A DNA stretch of 63,876 nucleotides, counting the filler, from Octopus bimaculoides (Eukaryota), in assembly GCF_001194135.2 (NCBI RefSeq). It is 4 parts of 4 records of this genome, joined end to end, with 100 filler letters (N's around TTAATTAATTAA, not from the genome) between each part and the next. Parts side by side here need not be neighbours in the genome. Positions count along the whole stretch, not along the records: positions 37,189 to 62,075 come from NC_068984.1; 3 more parts are not named here. The stretch is one strand, 5' to 3'. Position numbers and translations under genes: made by a program. Below, piece after piece: positions 38,691-51,978 of this stretch (the first letter of the stretch is position 1; each line of letters opens with the position of its first letter). The notes beneath the pieces are model-generated. The model had not been told where the DNA came from. It searched no databases and saw only the letters and a program-made list of their open reading frames with translations.

Positions 38691-39479
38691 ATTCTTTACT
38701 ACTTTTAAGCGGGTGATAGGCAGAATCGTTTGAATGTACAGCATTGGACAAATTGCTGTGTGATATTAATTCCGCCTCTTCGTGTTCTGAGCTTGAAACC
38801 TGCCAGGGAACAGCTTTGCGGTTCATCCTTCTTGTTGACAAAATTATATATCAGTGAAGTTCTGGAGTTAATTTAGATGTAATCAGCACTCCTTCGATAT
38901 TGGTCGGCGACGTCATTCAGCCACACAACCATGACATAGAAAAAAGAAGCTAGACCAATATCGAAGGAATGCCATATAATCGACTATTCCCTCTTCTTAA
39001 ATATCTGCTCTTGGGCCTACATTTGAAATAGTTATTTTCTAATTGAGTGGAATACTCATGTTCTTTTTTTTCCCAGGCTTCTGCCTCCATATTTTCTACC
39101 GTTCTTACGGTATTATGATATAGATTAACAGAGCATCATTTTCTACCATTCTATTTATCGAGTTATCACCTCATATCAATTTATCCTTGTATCTAATTAT
39201 CGCTAAACACGTATTCATCACCGTGTCTCTGTCTATCTATCTAATTTCTACAGATATCTATCAACTATGTATGTATTTAACTATCTATTTATTTGCCTGT
39301 TTTTCTCTCTCTCTCTCCGTCTGTCCGTCCGTCCATCCATCCATCTATATATAATTATAGAATATTTGTATAATTTTACCTATAAAGGTTATTTTAACGT
39401 ACTGAGCTACTTGGTAAAATTATTAATTGATTGATTAATTTAATTAATTAATTTTACCCTTTTATTATATACATACATA

Positions 39480-39515
<36 letters not shown>

Positions 39516-39559
39516 TATATATATATTTCCAAAATAAAAATCTGAGCAATTTTATTTAT

Positions 39560-40680
39560 CTATGTATTACAAAAGTAGTTTATATTTTTGTAAAAGTGCT
39601 TTGCATGCTTTCTTGTGTGCAAAACTTTCTATGACCTGACTGAAATCAATATTTCGATTGCGTTATGATTCATTGCTGATTCGAACTGAGGCCACCAGAC
39701 GACCTTGTGACCTGTTTGTTCTGAGATAGTTGTTTACTAGTTTAAGCTTATGGAAATGCATGTTTTATCCAGACGACTGTTATACAGACATCGTCAGGAA
39801 TTCGGAGTGATTCACAGAGATGTGGAACTATGTTTTCCAACTTGTGTATTTTGTTGAATAAATCCACGGGTTTTAGTTGCAAATTCTCGAAGTTGCTACG
39901 GTGTATCACATTTTTCATGTAGATTAATTCAATTGAGAGTTCTTTGTCATTTATATATCAGCATTGCTAATTTCTCCAAATGATATACACTTTGTGGTCA
40001 AAAGATTTTTCCGATATAGATTGCCATAAGAATTTTCTTTGCAGCTTCATATCTTTTTCTTTGACCATGAATGATAGAATTGACAGTGTTATACAAATAG
40101 AAAGAAAAAAAAAATGTCTGCATATTCGTCAGGATCTTTTTTTGTCTGGCTTCATTACTTGACTGGTTCTCAAACAATAAATAAAAATAAAAAGATATAT
40201 AAAATAATCTTTCGGTTTCTCTCATTTGTCTTTTGTTTGATTTCAATTTACAGACTGTTAGCGATTTTTTAAAAAATTTTCTGACAGCAGAATGTCAAAT
40301 TGATTTTGTATGGGTTCTACAGCATTTCGATGATCATTTGAATATCGTCCACTTCACTATCAACAATAGCCTTTCTTACCTGTTGGAGATGTTAGTAAAA
40401 GCAAGAGTATCGAAGCAGATGGATGATATACAATTCATCTGAAATAGACTAAGAATTTAAAGGTCTCCTTTGTTTCTGGAGACTGATTAAATTTGAGAGA
40501 TCATGCAGAGCTAAATTTATAACATTGCAATTTGATGTAGATAATTTCCCCACTAGATGGCCAGCGGTTAACACGTTAACCAGTGTTTTATCGCAAACTT
40601 CATACAACCACCATATGCACCACCAGTGGTACATTTTCATAATTTGAGATATTTTATTCTGTCTCTTTGACATGGTTTCG
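39560..40680 (-). mobile_element. hAT transposase fossil (C-terminal dimerisation domain)
   Basis: Broken translation ESLRI/FLTMSV..AFHKLKLVNNYLRTNRSQGRL..IDFSQVIESFAHKKACK matches the hAT dimerisation consensus. Multiple stops and frameshifts. The upstream extent is approximate. Confidence 0.75.
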
Positions 40681-41368
40681 AGAATATTTGAATAAAATGA
40701 GTACTAAATATTAAAGTTTAATTATGAAATACTGTAAAAATGCCAAAAAATTTACATTTTCTTGTAATTAAACAGTATGCGGTGTGGCCGGAAATACGTG
40801 TTGTCACCGGTAAGTTCCAGTAACTGGCTGTGGCGGGTAACGTGTTATTTGATGTGAGATGCAATGATTAGCACCCATCTTTTTTAGTGTAAAAGTAAAA
40901 ACACATACTTTCAATAGCTCAAAATACATTTGTGCTCACTAAAAGCACAAAAGAAAGCGCACACACAACATAGAACTGGTAAATGGAACCCATCTTCGCG
41001 TTAACGTATCAATACATTGTAGGAAGGTAGTGAATAGTGACTATGCATCCATGGTTCGAATAATGTGATCAGGTTCATGTCTCTGCCCAGGGGCAACTGA
41101 CGAACGTATTTCCAGCCTACTAACGAACCAACTAACCCAGTCAACGTGATAATATAAGCAGACTTGAGTAAGACTTGACTACGTAGATTTGTTTAGTTAC
41201 TTTGTCAATTTATCATAACCTAGCCTTTCAAATTATTTTTGAGCATTATTTAAGGGACCAGGCTCACCCCACTCCTGCCCAACGTTCTCAAAGGATCTGT
41301 TTATATAATGTGTATGTATGCACGTGTGCACTGCTGTGTATCAACATACACACATATGTATGTATGTG

Positions 41369-41760
41369 TGGAGGCGCAATGGCCCAGTGGTAAGGGCAGC
41401 GGACTCGCGGTCATAGGATCGCGGTTTCGATTCCCAGACCGGGCGTTGTGACTGTTTATTGAGCAAAAACACCTAAAGCTCCACAAGGCTCCGGCAGGGG
41501 ATGGTGGCGAACCCTGCTGTACTCTTTCACCACAACTTTCTCTCACTCTTACTTCCTGTTTCTGTTGTGCCTGTAATTCAAAGGGTCAGCCTTGTCACAC
41601 TGTGTCACGCTGAATATCCCCGAGAACTACGTTAAGGGTACACGTGTCTGTGGAGTGCTCAGCCACTTGCACGTTAATTTCACGAGCAGGCTGTTCCGTT
41701 GATCGGATCAACTGGAACCCTCGACGTCGTAAGCGGCGGAGTGCCAACAACAACAACAAC
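41369..41760 (+). mobile_element. tRNA-derived SINE (family D head) with (AAC)n tail
   Basis: GGAGGCGCAATGGCCCAGTGGTAAGG A box and GGTTTCGATTCCC B box. The 3' domain is shared with 60960-61311. Confidence 0.85.
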
Positions 41761-41764
41761 ACTA

Positions 41765-42150
41765 ACACTTTCCAGGAAATGAGTTACTCGAGATTTCACC
41801 ACTCTCTGAAATACTTTGACGATATGAGAAGTAAGTGAGATCTGTCGGTAATTCACTGCCAACGATTAAAAACTGGGACAATCGACTAGGACAGGAAATT
41901 TTCGGTATTACAGCCAGTGGCCAGTAATTTCTTCTAGGGAATTGCTAAAGTGAATGCCAGTTGATGATGGCACTCCTTCAGGGCTCGAGCGGGGAATTTG
42001 TCGGGGCCTGCAGCAGAGTTGTTAGTAATTTTGTTAATTAGCTGCTTTAGTATTTGGGGTGACAAGCACAAGTATGTCAAATATCATGGAGAATGTATTA
42101 TAATTACCAAATGGCAATTAAGGCCTATTCCTTTTGAGAAAGGGAGATAA
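41765..42150 (-). mobile_element. CR1/L2-like LINE RT fragment
   Basis: NSAAGPDKFPARALKEC..IVPVF..NYRQISLTSHIVKVFQRVVKSRVTHFLE is the RT N-terminal motif set (GPD, NYRPISL). Confidence 0.8.
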
Positions 42151-42390
42151 TCTCAGGAATCAAGTATTCGCGAAAATTGACATAACATTAAGGAGACAGA
42201 ATTATAGATTATTCGGTGAGAAAGGAAAAGGCAAAGAAGACAGTAAGAAGGATAAAGGAGAGAATAGAAGATAATGGATAAGGGAGAAGGAAGAAATGGA
42301 GAGAATATATTTGCTAAGTAATGGGGGAAGAAGGTAGAGGAGAAGGGCCAAGGAGATACGTATATTAAATCATAGCAGTAAAGAAAATGG

Positions 42391-42953
42391 GGATCTTTTT
42401 TAAAACGGGGGCCACATTTTTCATTAACGAAACACTTTGAAACTTGGAACACTGGTAGAATGTGTCATATAAAACATCTTTTTCTCTTAGTCTTCTTAAA
42501 AAAAAAAAGAAATCCATAAATTATTCCATGTTGAAGTTGTCGTATTTCTGTAATTTCAACCAATCACTGACGTCCATTCAGCCAATGTACATTAAGTGCC
42601 GACTACATAAACAAACGATTCTGAAACAATTAACCCTAACCCTAACCATAGGGTTAGGGTTAAAGCAAATTTAAAATGAAAAAAGCAGAGAAAACGAAGG
42701 TATGGAGATTAAATACGCTTTACATCGCTTAATCAGCCAAAGGAGTAAATCTAAACAACTGAATACTTGTCAGTGATTGGTTGAAATTATCGAAATAAGA
42801 CAATTTTTTACATGAAATAAATTCGAATACAAAAATATTTTTCTGTTCTATAACACAAAATAGATAAGTATACGAAGTTTGAAAGTCTTTCGGTACCAAA
42901 AACACTACGTAAAACATTAATGAAAATTGTGGCCCCCGTTTTAAAAAAGATCC
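42391..42953. mobile_element. 563-bp foldback MITE with 37-bp TIRs and an 8-bp TSD (GAAAATGG)
   Basis: TIRs 42391-42427 and 42917-42953 (1 mismatch). TSD at 42383-42390 and 42954-42961. Nested internal inverted repeats. Confidence 0.88.
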
Positions 42954-43415
42954 GAAAATGGAGAAAATAAGTAGTACTGAAGTTCTTGATGGAGTAAACA
43001 GGTGGTGGTGTTTTTTTGTTTTTTTTCGGGAAGGAAGAGATGAAGTGAATAATTAGAAAGTAGGGATAGAAAGTATGAAAGAAAAACGAGAGAAATAGCT
43101 GGACCGAGAAGTAAGTCTAAAATATACAAACATTAGCGCTAACGGTGGTGTCCCAGCATGGATTCACTCCTTGGCTGAAACCGATAACTGAATAATGAAA
43201 TATGTATCAAAAGGGCCAAAGGCCATAGGCTCATAAGGCCGGATTATCTAACGAATGTCTCCCTACCTCCACCCGGAAGGTATGTCGATCCGTTGCCGGA
43301 TTACTAATTTTTTCCAGCTGAGTGAATGGAGCAACGTGAAATGAATTGTTTTTGCTCAAGAACACAATGTGTCGCCTGGTCCAGAAATCAAAACCACAAT
43401 CTTACGATCAACAGC

Positions 43416-43447
<32 letters not shown>

Positions 43448-43513
43448 GCATTAAATACTATAAAACGTACACGTAGGGCAGACACAAGAACCCTAATTCT
43501 TCACATATATATA

Positions 43514-43676
43514 AGGCGCAGGAGTGGCTGTGTTGTAAGAAGCTTGCTTCCCAACCACATGGTTCTGGTTTCAGTCCCACTGCGTGGCACCTTGGGCAAG
43601 TGTCTTCTATAGCCTCGGGCCGACCAAAGCCTGCGAGTGGATTTGGTAGACGGAAACTGAAAGAAGCCCGTCGTTC

Positions 43677-43722
<46 letters not shown>

Positions 43723-43915
43723 GTGTGTGTGTGTTTCTGTTTGTCTCCCTTCCAATGCTTGACAACCGATATTGGTGTGTTTATGGTCCCTGTAATTTAA
43801 CTGTTCGGCAACAATACCGATAGAATAAGTACATGGCTTAGAGGATCCTAGGTTCGATTTGTTCGCCTAAAGGCGGTGCTCCAGCATGGCCGCAGTCAAA
43901 TGACTGAAACAAAAG
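43514..43915 (+). mobile_element. SINE family B, near full length, with an internal microsatellite
   Basis: GGAGTGGCTGTGTTGTAAG head, GGTTTCAGTCCC B-box-like motif, body, (TA)n(TG)n and family tail. Confidence 0.88.
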
Positions 43916-44035
43916 AAAAAAAGAATATATACACTGTTTTATATACACGATTCCGCTAATCTGCTAACAGCTAATTAGCGAAGCTAACTTTTCGTTTAGC
44001 AGATTTATAAAAATATATATACAAGTATGTATTTT

Positions 44036-44074
<39 letters not shown>

Positions 44075-45126
44075 ATACGTATGTGTGTGTGTAATTAAAT
44101 GATCACAAGATCAGCTCCTTAAATATATGTAAATGTATAAAAGTCACATGAACAACAGAACATCAAGAAAAAAAGAGGAGTACACAATTTATGATAATTG
44201 GTTGAACGCTGAAACTAAGAAATAAGTAGCGTTCCATGCTTTGGACTAGTCTTTCTGCAAGGAAAATCAGATAAAAAAAGTAAAAAGGAAAAGGAAAGAA
44301 AAACAGGAAAGTATGATAGGTTTGGTCAGTATGGTAAGGTGTGGAATGAATGGCAGATAAAAGGCGCTGGACATGTACGGTCTTTGTGAATGTGTGTGGT
44401 ATCTGTACGTGAACATGTTGGTGTATATGTGTGTGTGTGTATTTGACAAGATTTTCCATTTACCACAGATATACGTACATATATATATATATATGCTCAC
44501 ACACCACTTCGCTTCTATTCACAAGACGTATGCACTACCTCATTTCCATTCCCTATACCACACATGCACACAAGAGTTACGTACAAACACAAAGGATCAG
44601 GAGCTAGAGTCAGGATGAGAAGAGTGAGAAAAAGAAGGGAAAGAATGGGGAAAGAGAAGAAAGGAATATAAGGGAAGCGGGAGACCGCCTATTCATTACA
44701 CATATCACTACGATTCAAAATGTTAAGTCCGGTTTGCAAAGCCTACCCATGCTACTGCGTACATAGATTAGCGAGAAATCTGGGAAGCATTGAATACAGG
44801 CAACTTTTGCTCGATGTTTTGTTTTTGTGCTTTATTTATGTCGTTACATTTTGTGTTTTGCACTTATACATGATAATGGAAGCTCTAGTCTATACCTGAG
44901 ATCCTCAAACCGGGTTACGCAAGAGAAATTGCAGAGGTACACGAGAGATATTGTGGTGGCATGCGAGATTTGTATAAACGCTAGAATTTTAAATTAATTA
45001 CGGCCAACTATTCTGAGTGGTGCATCCTCAAATTTAATAAAATTGTTTTTATAAATAACCATCAAATACGTTATTTGGAAGTTTTCACTTCCAAATTTAA
45101 TTCTTAACAAATTCATACATTGCTTA

Positions 45127-46146
45127 TTTTATGATATCCAATATTTTTGCACGATATACTCTTCTTTCCATGGCTCTCTGCGCTGAAAGCAGATGTTGTC
45201 CTTCTCTCTTCGTCATGGCCCAAGCCTCACATGCGTATAGCATTGCAGGCAAGACTGTGCTGTTGAAGAGATTGGCGCGTGTTGTCTTGCCTTCAGCATA
45301 TCCTTCATCGAAGTGAATGTTCTCCATTCAGCTCGTAATCTTCACGAGATCTCATTCTCCATCCCTCGCCCCATAGTCACTTCTAGACCGAGATACACAT
45401 AGCTGCTCACCTCTTCAATTTCATCTCCTGCGACTGTTAAGCGACCGATCGATACACCCTTAGACCGTATGTATTTGGTTTTCGTACGGTTGATCTTAAC
45501 CCATTACCTAGCAGTGATCTCATATGAGATCACTTAAAAATTACAAATTTCGTAATTATCTGTCAATATTTACACATATCTAACCTTTTTGCTATAACTA
45601 CTAGGTATATTTCTCTGATATTCAAATGAGGTTTGCTAATTTTTCACCCAATATCTCGCTTATTTCTATTTAAAACGTTATTTTGATCATTCCAGCGTGT
45701 TTCTAAGGCTGTTTTATGCTAGAAATCAAAGTTTCATAAAAAAATTCCTGTTAATAGAATTATGGGAGGTAATGGGTTAAGGCCGACCGCCGAACTTCTG
45801 AAATTCATTTTGTCCAGCATGGTCTGCAGCTGATTGGAACGAGGAGACCAGGGATAGAACTGGAGTGAAGGATATCGTCGCAGAATACCACCACGCAAAG
45901 CTACGATGGGCCGGTCATGTCGCAAGGTCCATAAACAACCAGTGGACCCGTGCAGTAGTCTTGTGGTACTCGCACGAACGAAAGAGACTACACGGAAGAC
46001 CTCCAATCAGGTAGGAAGATGATTTAAGAAATGTTCGGAACAGCGTGGAGGAGAATGTCGAGAGCACGAGGGGAATAGAGCAAAGGCTGTGGCCAGTGGA
46101 GTCGACTCAGTACCAGACAGCCTGGCCTATCCAGGTGATCCAAGTG
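45127..46146. mobile_element. RTE-clade LINE with inverted 5' part (minus 45838 to 45127, plus 45838 to about 46146)
   Basis: Minus piece QLQTMLDKMNFRSSAVGLKINRTKTKY...LFNSTVLPAMLYACEAW...KILDIIK. Plus piece NEETRDRTGVKDIV...KLRWAGHVAR...WTRAVVLW...GRPP. Confidence 0.85.
45500..45776. mobile_element. piggyBac-type MITE (277 bp) nested in the RTE
   Basis: TTAA|CCCATTACCT ... AGGTAATGGG|TTAA. Excising it restores the RT frame VGL-KINRTKTK. Confidence 0.85.
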
Positions 46147-47443
46147 CTATTTTTCTCAGGGAGAACTCTACACTCTACTGGACAAGCCTAACTTTAAGAA
46201 CCCATCTTCTATATAATGAATAAGTTACGAACATTATTATTGTGTATATATAATACTTTCTGGCGTTTCAAGATCGGTAATGTACTTGCATAGATTCCGT
46301 AATCAATCCAGCAATTTCATACTGTGTAAAACTTTTCTTCAATTACTCCTTATTTACAAACGTAGTTCTTCGAGATAAATCCATGACGTATGAGTATCGA
46401 ATAATTCCGTGTAATACCAGTACGAGACACCCATTTGCTCCGACTCTTGCTATGTATTAACTTGGTAATAAATTCTATATTCATAAATTCTATATTCATG
46501 TTTTTGTTTCCGTATTTCAAATGCGGATTACTTCTTTTCCAAACTCGACACCCTGAGAGAGATTTCCCGTGTTCTAAAAGTATAGTGAACCTTTGCTTTA
46601 ATGTTTCTGATATTGCGTGATCAAAGCAAAATTTCCGTTCCTTTCCATTAATATTGCTCGTATTTTTTTGTTTTGTTTTGTTTTTGTTGATATGACAGCC
46701 CGAGGAAATGTGGGATTTTTCACGCGACGAAACTGCTATTGACAGGGAGAGTTGATTTCAGCTACACAAATTCTATCTATCTATCTATCTGTACACACAC
46801 ATATATGTATATATAATACTTAAATGTAAAATATGTGTATGTGTAAACACACACACACACACACACACACATATTGGCATGTATTTGAACCTGTCACCCC
46901 GGGAGTATATATATATATGCGCGCGCGCGCGCGTGTCTTTGTCAATAATCATTTTTTATTAATTTTTGCCAATAAACAAACACACACATTGGTAGTTAAT
47001 CAGCTTAAAAAAAAAAAATTTTTTTCAGTACATGAAAGTCGTACATCACACAGCTGTAACCTGATTTGTGTGTGTGTGTGTGTTTATGTGTGTACATATG
47101 TATTTGTGTATGTGTGTTTGTGCATGCATATATTTACGCATGTGTTCGAACATGTTCATATGTTTATAGGGACGTATATATACATACATGTATTTATTGC
47201 ATACATATATAAATACGTATACTTGTATAGTTTTATATAAAAATGCACATGTATTTACGTGTGAATACATACATACACACATACATATATGTACACACAC
47301 ACAGACACACACACACACTCACACACACATATAACTTGTCTATGTTCATGTGTGTGTGTGAGAGAGAATCTCGTATCGTTGCTATGTACTATGTTTTCGC
47401 ACGAAAGTATTGATCTCAGTGAAACATAAAAACCTAGTCTTAC

Positions 47444-47540
47444 TTGTGTTGTGTCACCTGATTAACCTTCCTAAGTGGACGAGCATCGCACTTTTGCGCA
47501 ACAATTTCGTACGTCAAACAGGGTTGGGGGCACCACCTCT
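47444..47540 (-). CDS. Candidate upstream exon supplying the first three Cys of EGF-1 (RWCPQPCLTYEIVAQKCDARPLRKVNQVTQH)
   Basis: Strong donor AA|gtaaga in phase 2 (needed to join 36613), open frame, exactly three Cys. The acceptor ataatag lacks a pyrimidine tract and the Cys spacing is atypical. Confidence 0.25.
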
Positions 47541-47574
47541 CTATTATGCGTGGATGTTGATAGTACCATGAATT

Positions 47575-47970
47575 CTTGTGTGACAGATATTTCGTCTGCC
47601 GTTACGTTCTGAGTTCAAATTCCGCTGAGGTCGACTTTGCCTTTCATCCTTTCGGGGTCGATAAATTAAGTACCAGTTACGCACTGGGTCGATCTAATCG
47701 ACTTAATCCCTTTGTCTGTCTGTGTTTGTCCCCCCTATGCTTAGCCCCTTGTGAGCAATAAAGAAATAAGGAACGTTAGCACACAGGGCGAAATGCTTAG
47801 TGCTATTTCGTCTGTCTTTACGTTCTGAGTTCAAATTCTGTCGAGGTCGATTTTGCCTTTCATCCTTTCGGGGTCAATAAATTAAGTAGCAGTTGCGTAC
47901 TGAGGTCAATCTAATCAACTGGCCTCTTCCCTAAAAATTTCGGGCCTTGTGCCTAAGTAAAAAAGATTAT
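47575..47970 (+). mobile_element. Two tandem SINE family A copies
   Basis: GTTACGTTCTGAGTTCAAATTCCGCTGAGGTCGACTTTGCCTTTCATCCTTTCGGGGTCG present twice. Confidence 0.88.
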
Positions 47971-47994
47971 ATATATGGGGGACAGGAGAAGCTT

Positions 47995-48330
47995 AGCCGG
48001 GTGAAGTCTTCCCATGATATCCAGCATTGTGGAGCTCACGACCAAATTGACACAGTATTGCCAACATGGTGGGTTGGCTCTCCTGTGACATTTGCTGCTG
48101 TAGTTCGATGGGATTTTTGACACAGTTTTTACTTTTGTGTGGTCTTCTGTGAGTTTTGAATTCCAGTGTTATGCATGCCAGAGCTGGTTTTACCTTTGTT
48201 TTGGAATACTAATCTGATTTTAAAGACTGTACTTCTCGAAACATTAAACATTTTAGCAATTTCAGTAAGTGAAGTACCAGCCATCGGTGCTTCAAGAATT
48301 TGTCCTCTTTGGAAATCAGATAGGTCACCC
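47995..48330 (-). mobile_element. Tc1-like transposase N-terminal (HTH) fragment
   Basis: DLSDFQRGQILEAPMAGTSLTEIAKMFNVSRSTVFK..GKTSS then SHRTTAANVT..GRELHNAGYHG. Frameshifted, with no DDE domain. Confidence 0.8.
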
Positions 48331-49127
48331 GCCTTCACTTCTTCAAATATAAACACCTGAAAATAAATGAATAAATAATGAAAGAAAGAACGAAAGAAAA
48401 ACAGAATAAAGAAAGAAAAAAAAACGAAATATACATAAAGACTTGAACAGTTTTGAGTTTGTCATACTGGCAATAAAATGTGATGTTTCCATTATTTTAT
48501 TCAGCCCTTATATATAGATATATGTGTGTGTGTATGGTGTGCGTGCGTGTGTATGTGTGTGCGTTGGACATTGCTTAGATATTGCTGTGTGCTTTTTGAG
48601 ATGTTCTGTGGCTTATATATACATATATATATATATGATATATATATATATATGTATATATCACATATATGTATATATATATATGTATGTGTGTGTGTGT
48701 GTACTCGAATGATTATTCATTTATATCTTTGCTAATAATTATACATACTGAGGTAGTTAATCAGTTTTTATAGTTTCCTATGAACATCAAAGTCTTTTCT
48801 CGCACATCTGCAACCTGTTCTGTATATTCAGATACATACGTATTTGTGTCTGCGTGTACCACTGTTTATACGTAATCCAGTAACAACCTGCTGTTACTCA
48901 GTCGTATCGTCGATGACAAAACATACCACCCTCACACGGGAGGCCTAGTGTGGAAAGTTACTAGAAACCCAGTAGTAAAAAAAAAACTATGCGTGTTAAA
49001 AGGACTGATGAATCCGGTAGAGTTCAACATCTATCTAGCAAACAGTGCGCGGGGTCGGAGAAATATTGCAGATGGCAAATGAGAGCGTCGTAGAACCCTT
49101 ATAGAATGACGGATGTAGGTCTCGTTA

Positions 49128-49316
49128 AAATATTTGGTAATTTTTCAGATTAACACCCGCACGATTTTCACTAGGGTGTTAAGGTTAAGGTTTTAGGGTC
49201 AGGGTTAGGGTTTAAGGGTTAGAGGTTAGGGTTAGGGTTAGGCGTTAGTGTTAGGGTTTTAGGGTTACGGTTAGGTAATCGTGCGGGTGTTAATCTGAAA
49301 AACTTAACAAATATTT
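49128..49316. repeat. Inverted-repeat-flanked degenerate (TTAGGG)n array
   Basis: Perfect 26-bp inverted repeat at 49141-49166 and 49277-49302, extendable to about 39 bp, enclosing about 110 bp of TTAGGG variants. Confidence 0.85.
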
Positions 49317-50224
49317 ATCTAGAAAACGGTAAATATGGTTCCTTAGCCGTGTTGGGTGCAAGCAGCCATTCTGGCAGACGGAAAAGTGAATTTAAACTCC
49401 TTTTATCCTATGCATCCATTTCGTTCGATATAATAAGAAGAGGTGGGGAAATATAAAGGAAGTTATTCTTGTTTTACTATTGTTTTCTTCTTACCACTTT
49501 TCTCTTACCTTTCCCATTAGTTTTAAAATTTTCTTTTGTAATTTTGTAGCTGCTGTTGTCGTTGCTGCTGCGACTACTACTACTACTATAATAATTTCAT
49601 CTTTTTTACTATCATTGTTATTAACACGGCCCTCTTTGTACTTTTCCTTTCTCCACTTTGTTCCTGCGTTTATATTATATGTAGACCTAGCTTTCACTTA
49701 TTTACTAATCTTCTCTGAGGAGACGAGACTCGTAAGATGTGGCTATGTTGTAAGAAGACAATGCATGAATACCAACGTACGTCGTATAGAGGTCACATAC
49801 ACGTAACATAGAGAACATACACACACATACACGTGTGTGTGTGCTATGTATGTGTACATGTATGTATGCCAGGTTGCTTGTGATGAGCACTCCTTGTAAC
49901 ATGTAATCCAGTACAAGTACAGCTCGTTGCATGGTCGAGTTATCGGCGATGAAACCGGCACCGTCAAGCGAGCATGGCGAGGAGAGTTGCTGGAAACCCA
50001 GGACAACGAACAAAAAAAAAAAAAAAAAAAAGGAAAGAAAGAAAGAAAGAAAAAGATCTATCAATGGGAAGAAAGTACCCTGAGTAGGGTTAACGACTAT
50101 TCTCGAAAAAAAGGAGAATTTCCGGATTGTATCCGGTGCTCTCTAACCACTGGGAGTGGGGCATAGTTTAACTTTCGTTAAAGCATGTCACTAGAAAAAA
50201 CACACACACACACACACATAAGCT

Positions 50225-50383
50225 CAAGCATGACTGTGGTAAGAAGCCTGCTTCCCAATCACGTGGTTCTGGGATCAATCCCACTGCGTGGCACCTTAGG
50301 CAAGTGTCTTCTACTATAGCCTCGGGTCGACCGAAGCCTTATGAATGGATTTGGTAAACGGAAACTGAAAAAAGCCCATCGTA

Positions 50384-50414
<31 letters not shown>

Positions 50415-50425
50415 ATGTATATATG

Positions 50426-50478
<53 letters not shown>

Positions 50479-50558
50479 CTTGGCGTCTGTGTTTATCTCT
50501 CCACCATCGCTTGACAACCGATGTTGGTGTGTTTATGTCCTTGTAACCTAGTGGTTCT
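50225..50558 (+). mobile_element. SINE family B copy (3' end in gap)
   Basis: Head, body and internal microsatellite match 43514-43915. Confidence 0.82.
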
Positions 50559-50689
50559 NNNNNNNNNNNNNNNNNNNNNNNNNNNNNNNNNNNNNNNNNN
50601 NNNNNNNNNNNNNNNNNNNNNNNNNNNNNNNNNNNNNNNNNNNNNNNNNNNNNNNNNNNNNNNNNNNNNNNNNNNNNNNNNNNNNNNNN

Positions 50690-50737
<48 letters not shown>

Positions 50738-51212
50738 CGATGCTATTAAACAAAAGTGTCGTAAGTCCAAAACATTGCTTTTTCTGAAAACAAAAAAAAT
50801 AGTTCACCATTCCATAGCAAAACTATCGTACTACACTTCGACAATTTTTGATATTTTGTCATCTGAAGCAGCTGGAGATACGATAGTCTGACCAAAAGAA
50901 CTGGCTATTGCAAGTAAAAAACATATTTATTGAAAAAACGTATTTGACCAAACTTGGACATACGGTAGTTTAACATAATAGCAATAATACACACACACAC
51001 ACACACAAATTGACACATATATGCATACACCGAGCTTCCATAGTTTCCATCTATCAGATTTGCCCGCTATACTTTGGCCAGCCCGAAACTACAGCTGGAG
51101 ACAGTTGCCAAATGTGCCGCGCAGTGGGGATTGAACCCCAAAAAACCAACTGGCTGCAAAGTGAGATTTTTAAAACACACACACACACACACACACCACG
51201 CACACACACACA

Positions 51213-51304
<92 letters not shown>

Positions 51305-51471
51305 AGCCTCATTCCTGTTATGTGAAGTACATTTTAACATCTAATCCGGCATGTCGGTCGGTATTTTGTCACCCACAACAATTTAATCCCATACGGTAGC
51401 AAGCTGTACAAAATGTTTCGCGGCATTTCGTCCGTCTTTATGTTCTGGGTTCAAATTCCGCCGAGTTCAAC

Positions 51472-51504
<33 letters not shown>

Positions 51505-51931
51505 CGTTGTCTGTTCAGCAAAGATGGGTGGGTTTGCCAGTTTAGACGCTCAATGATTGACACACCATGCAACAGGTTGTACTGCGTTACATGCTAAGAG
51601 TATATTGCCTACAAGCAACCCGTGTGTGTGTATATATACACACACAAATAAACACATACATACACGTATATACCTAAACATGCATATACACAGACGTGTG
51701 TGTCCCAAGACTAATTATTTCTATATTAATCCTTACTCATTATCAAACATATGATGTGGCAGATAATCGTTTTCTTTTAGTTCATGGACATCAAAGCCTT
51801 TTAGATTGAACATCAAAGTGTTTCAAAACACACACATACACACACACACACACACACACCTGTAACGTATTTTGTTGAGTGTTTAAGGGCGCGTGTGCGT
51901 GCGTGTGTATATGTGCGTGGTTGCGCGTGCG

Positions 51932-51978
<47 letters not shown>

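Noticed and set aside
49870-49990. Good minus-strand acceptor followed by open frames (similar cases at about 44258, 54425 and 3945)
   Set aside because: No convincing donor or no recognisable protein motif, so these cannot be supported as exons without RNA data.
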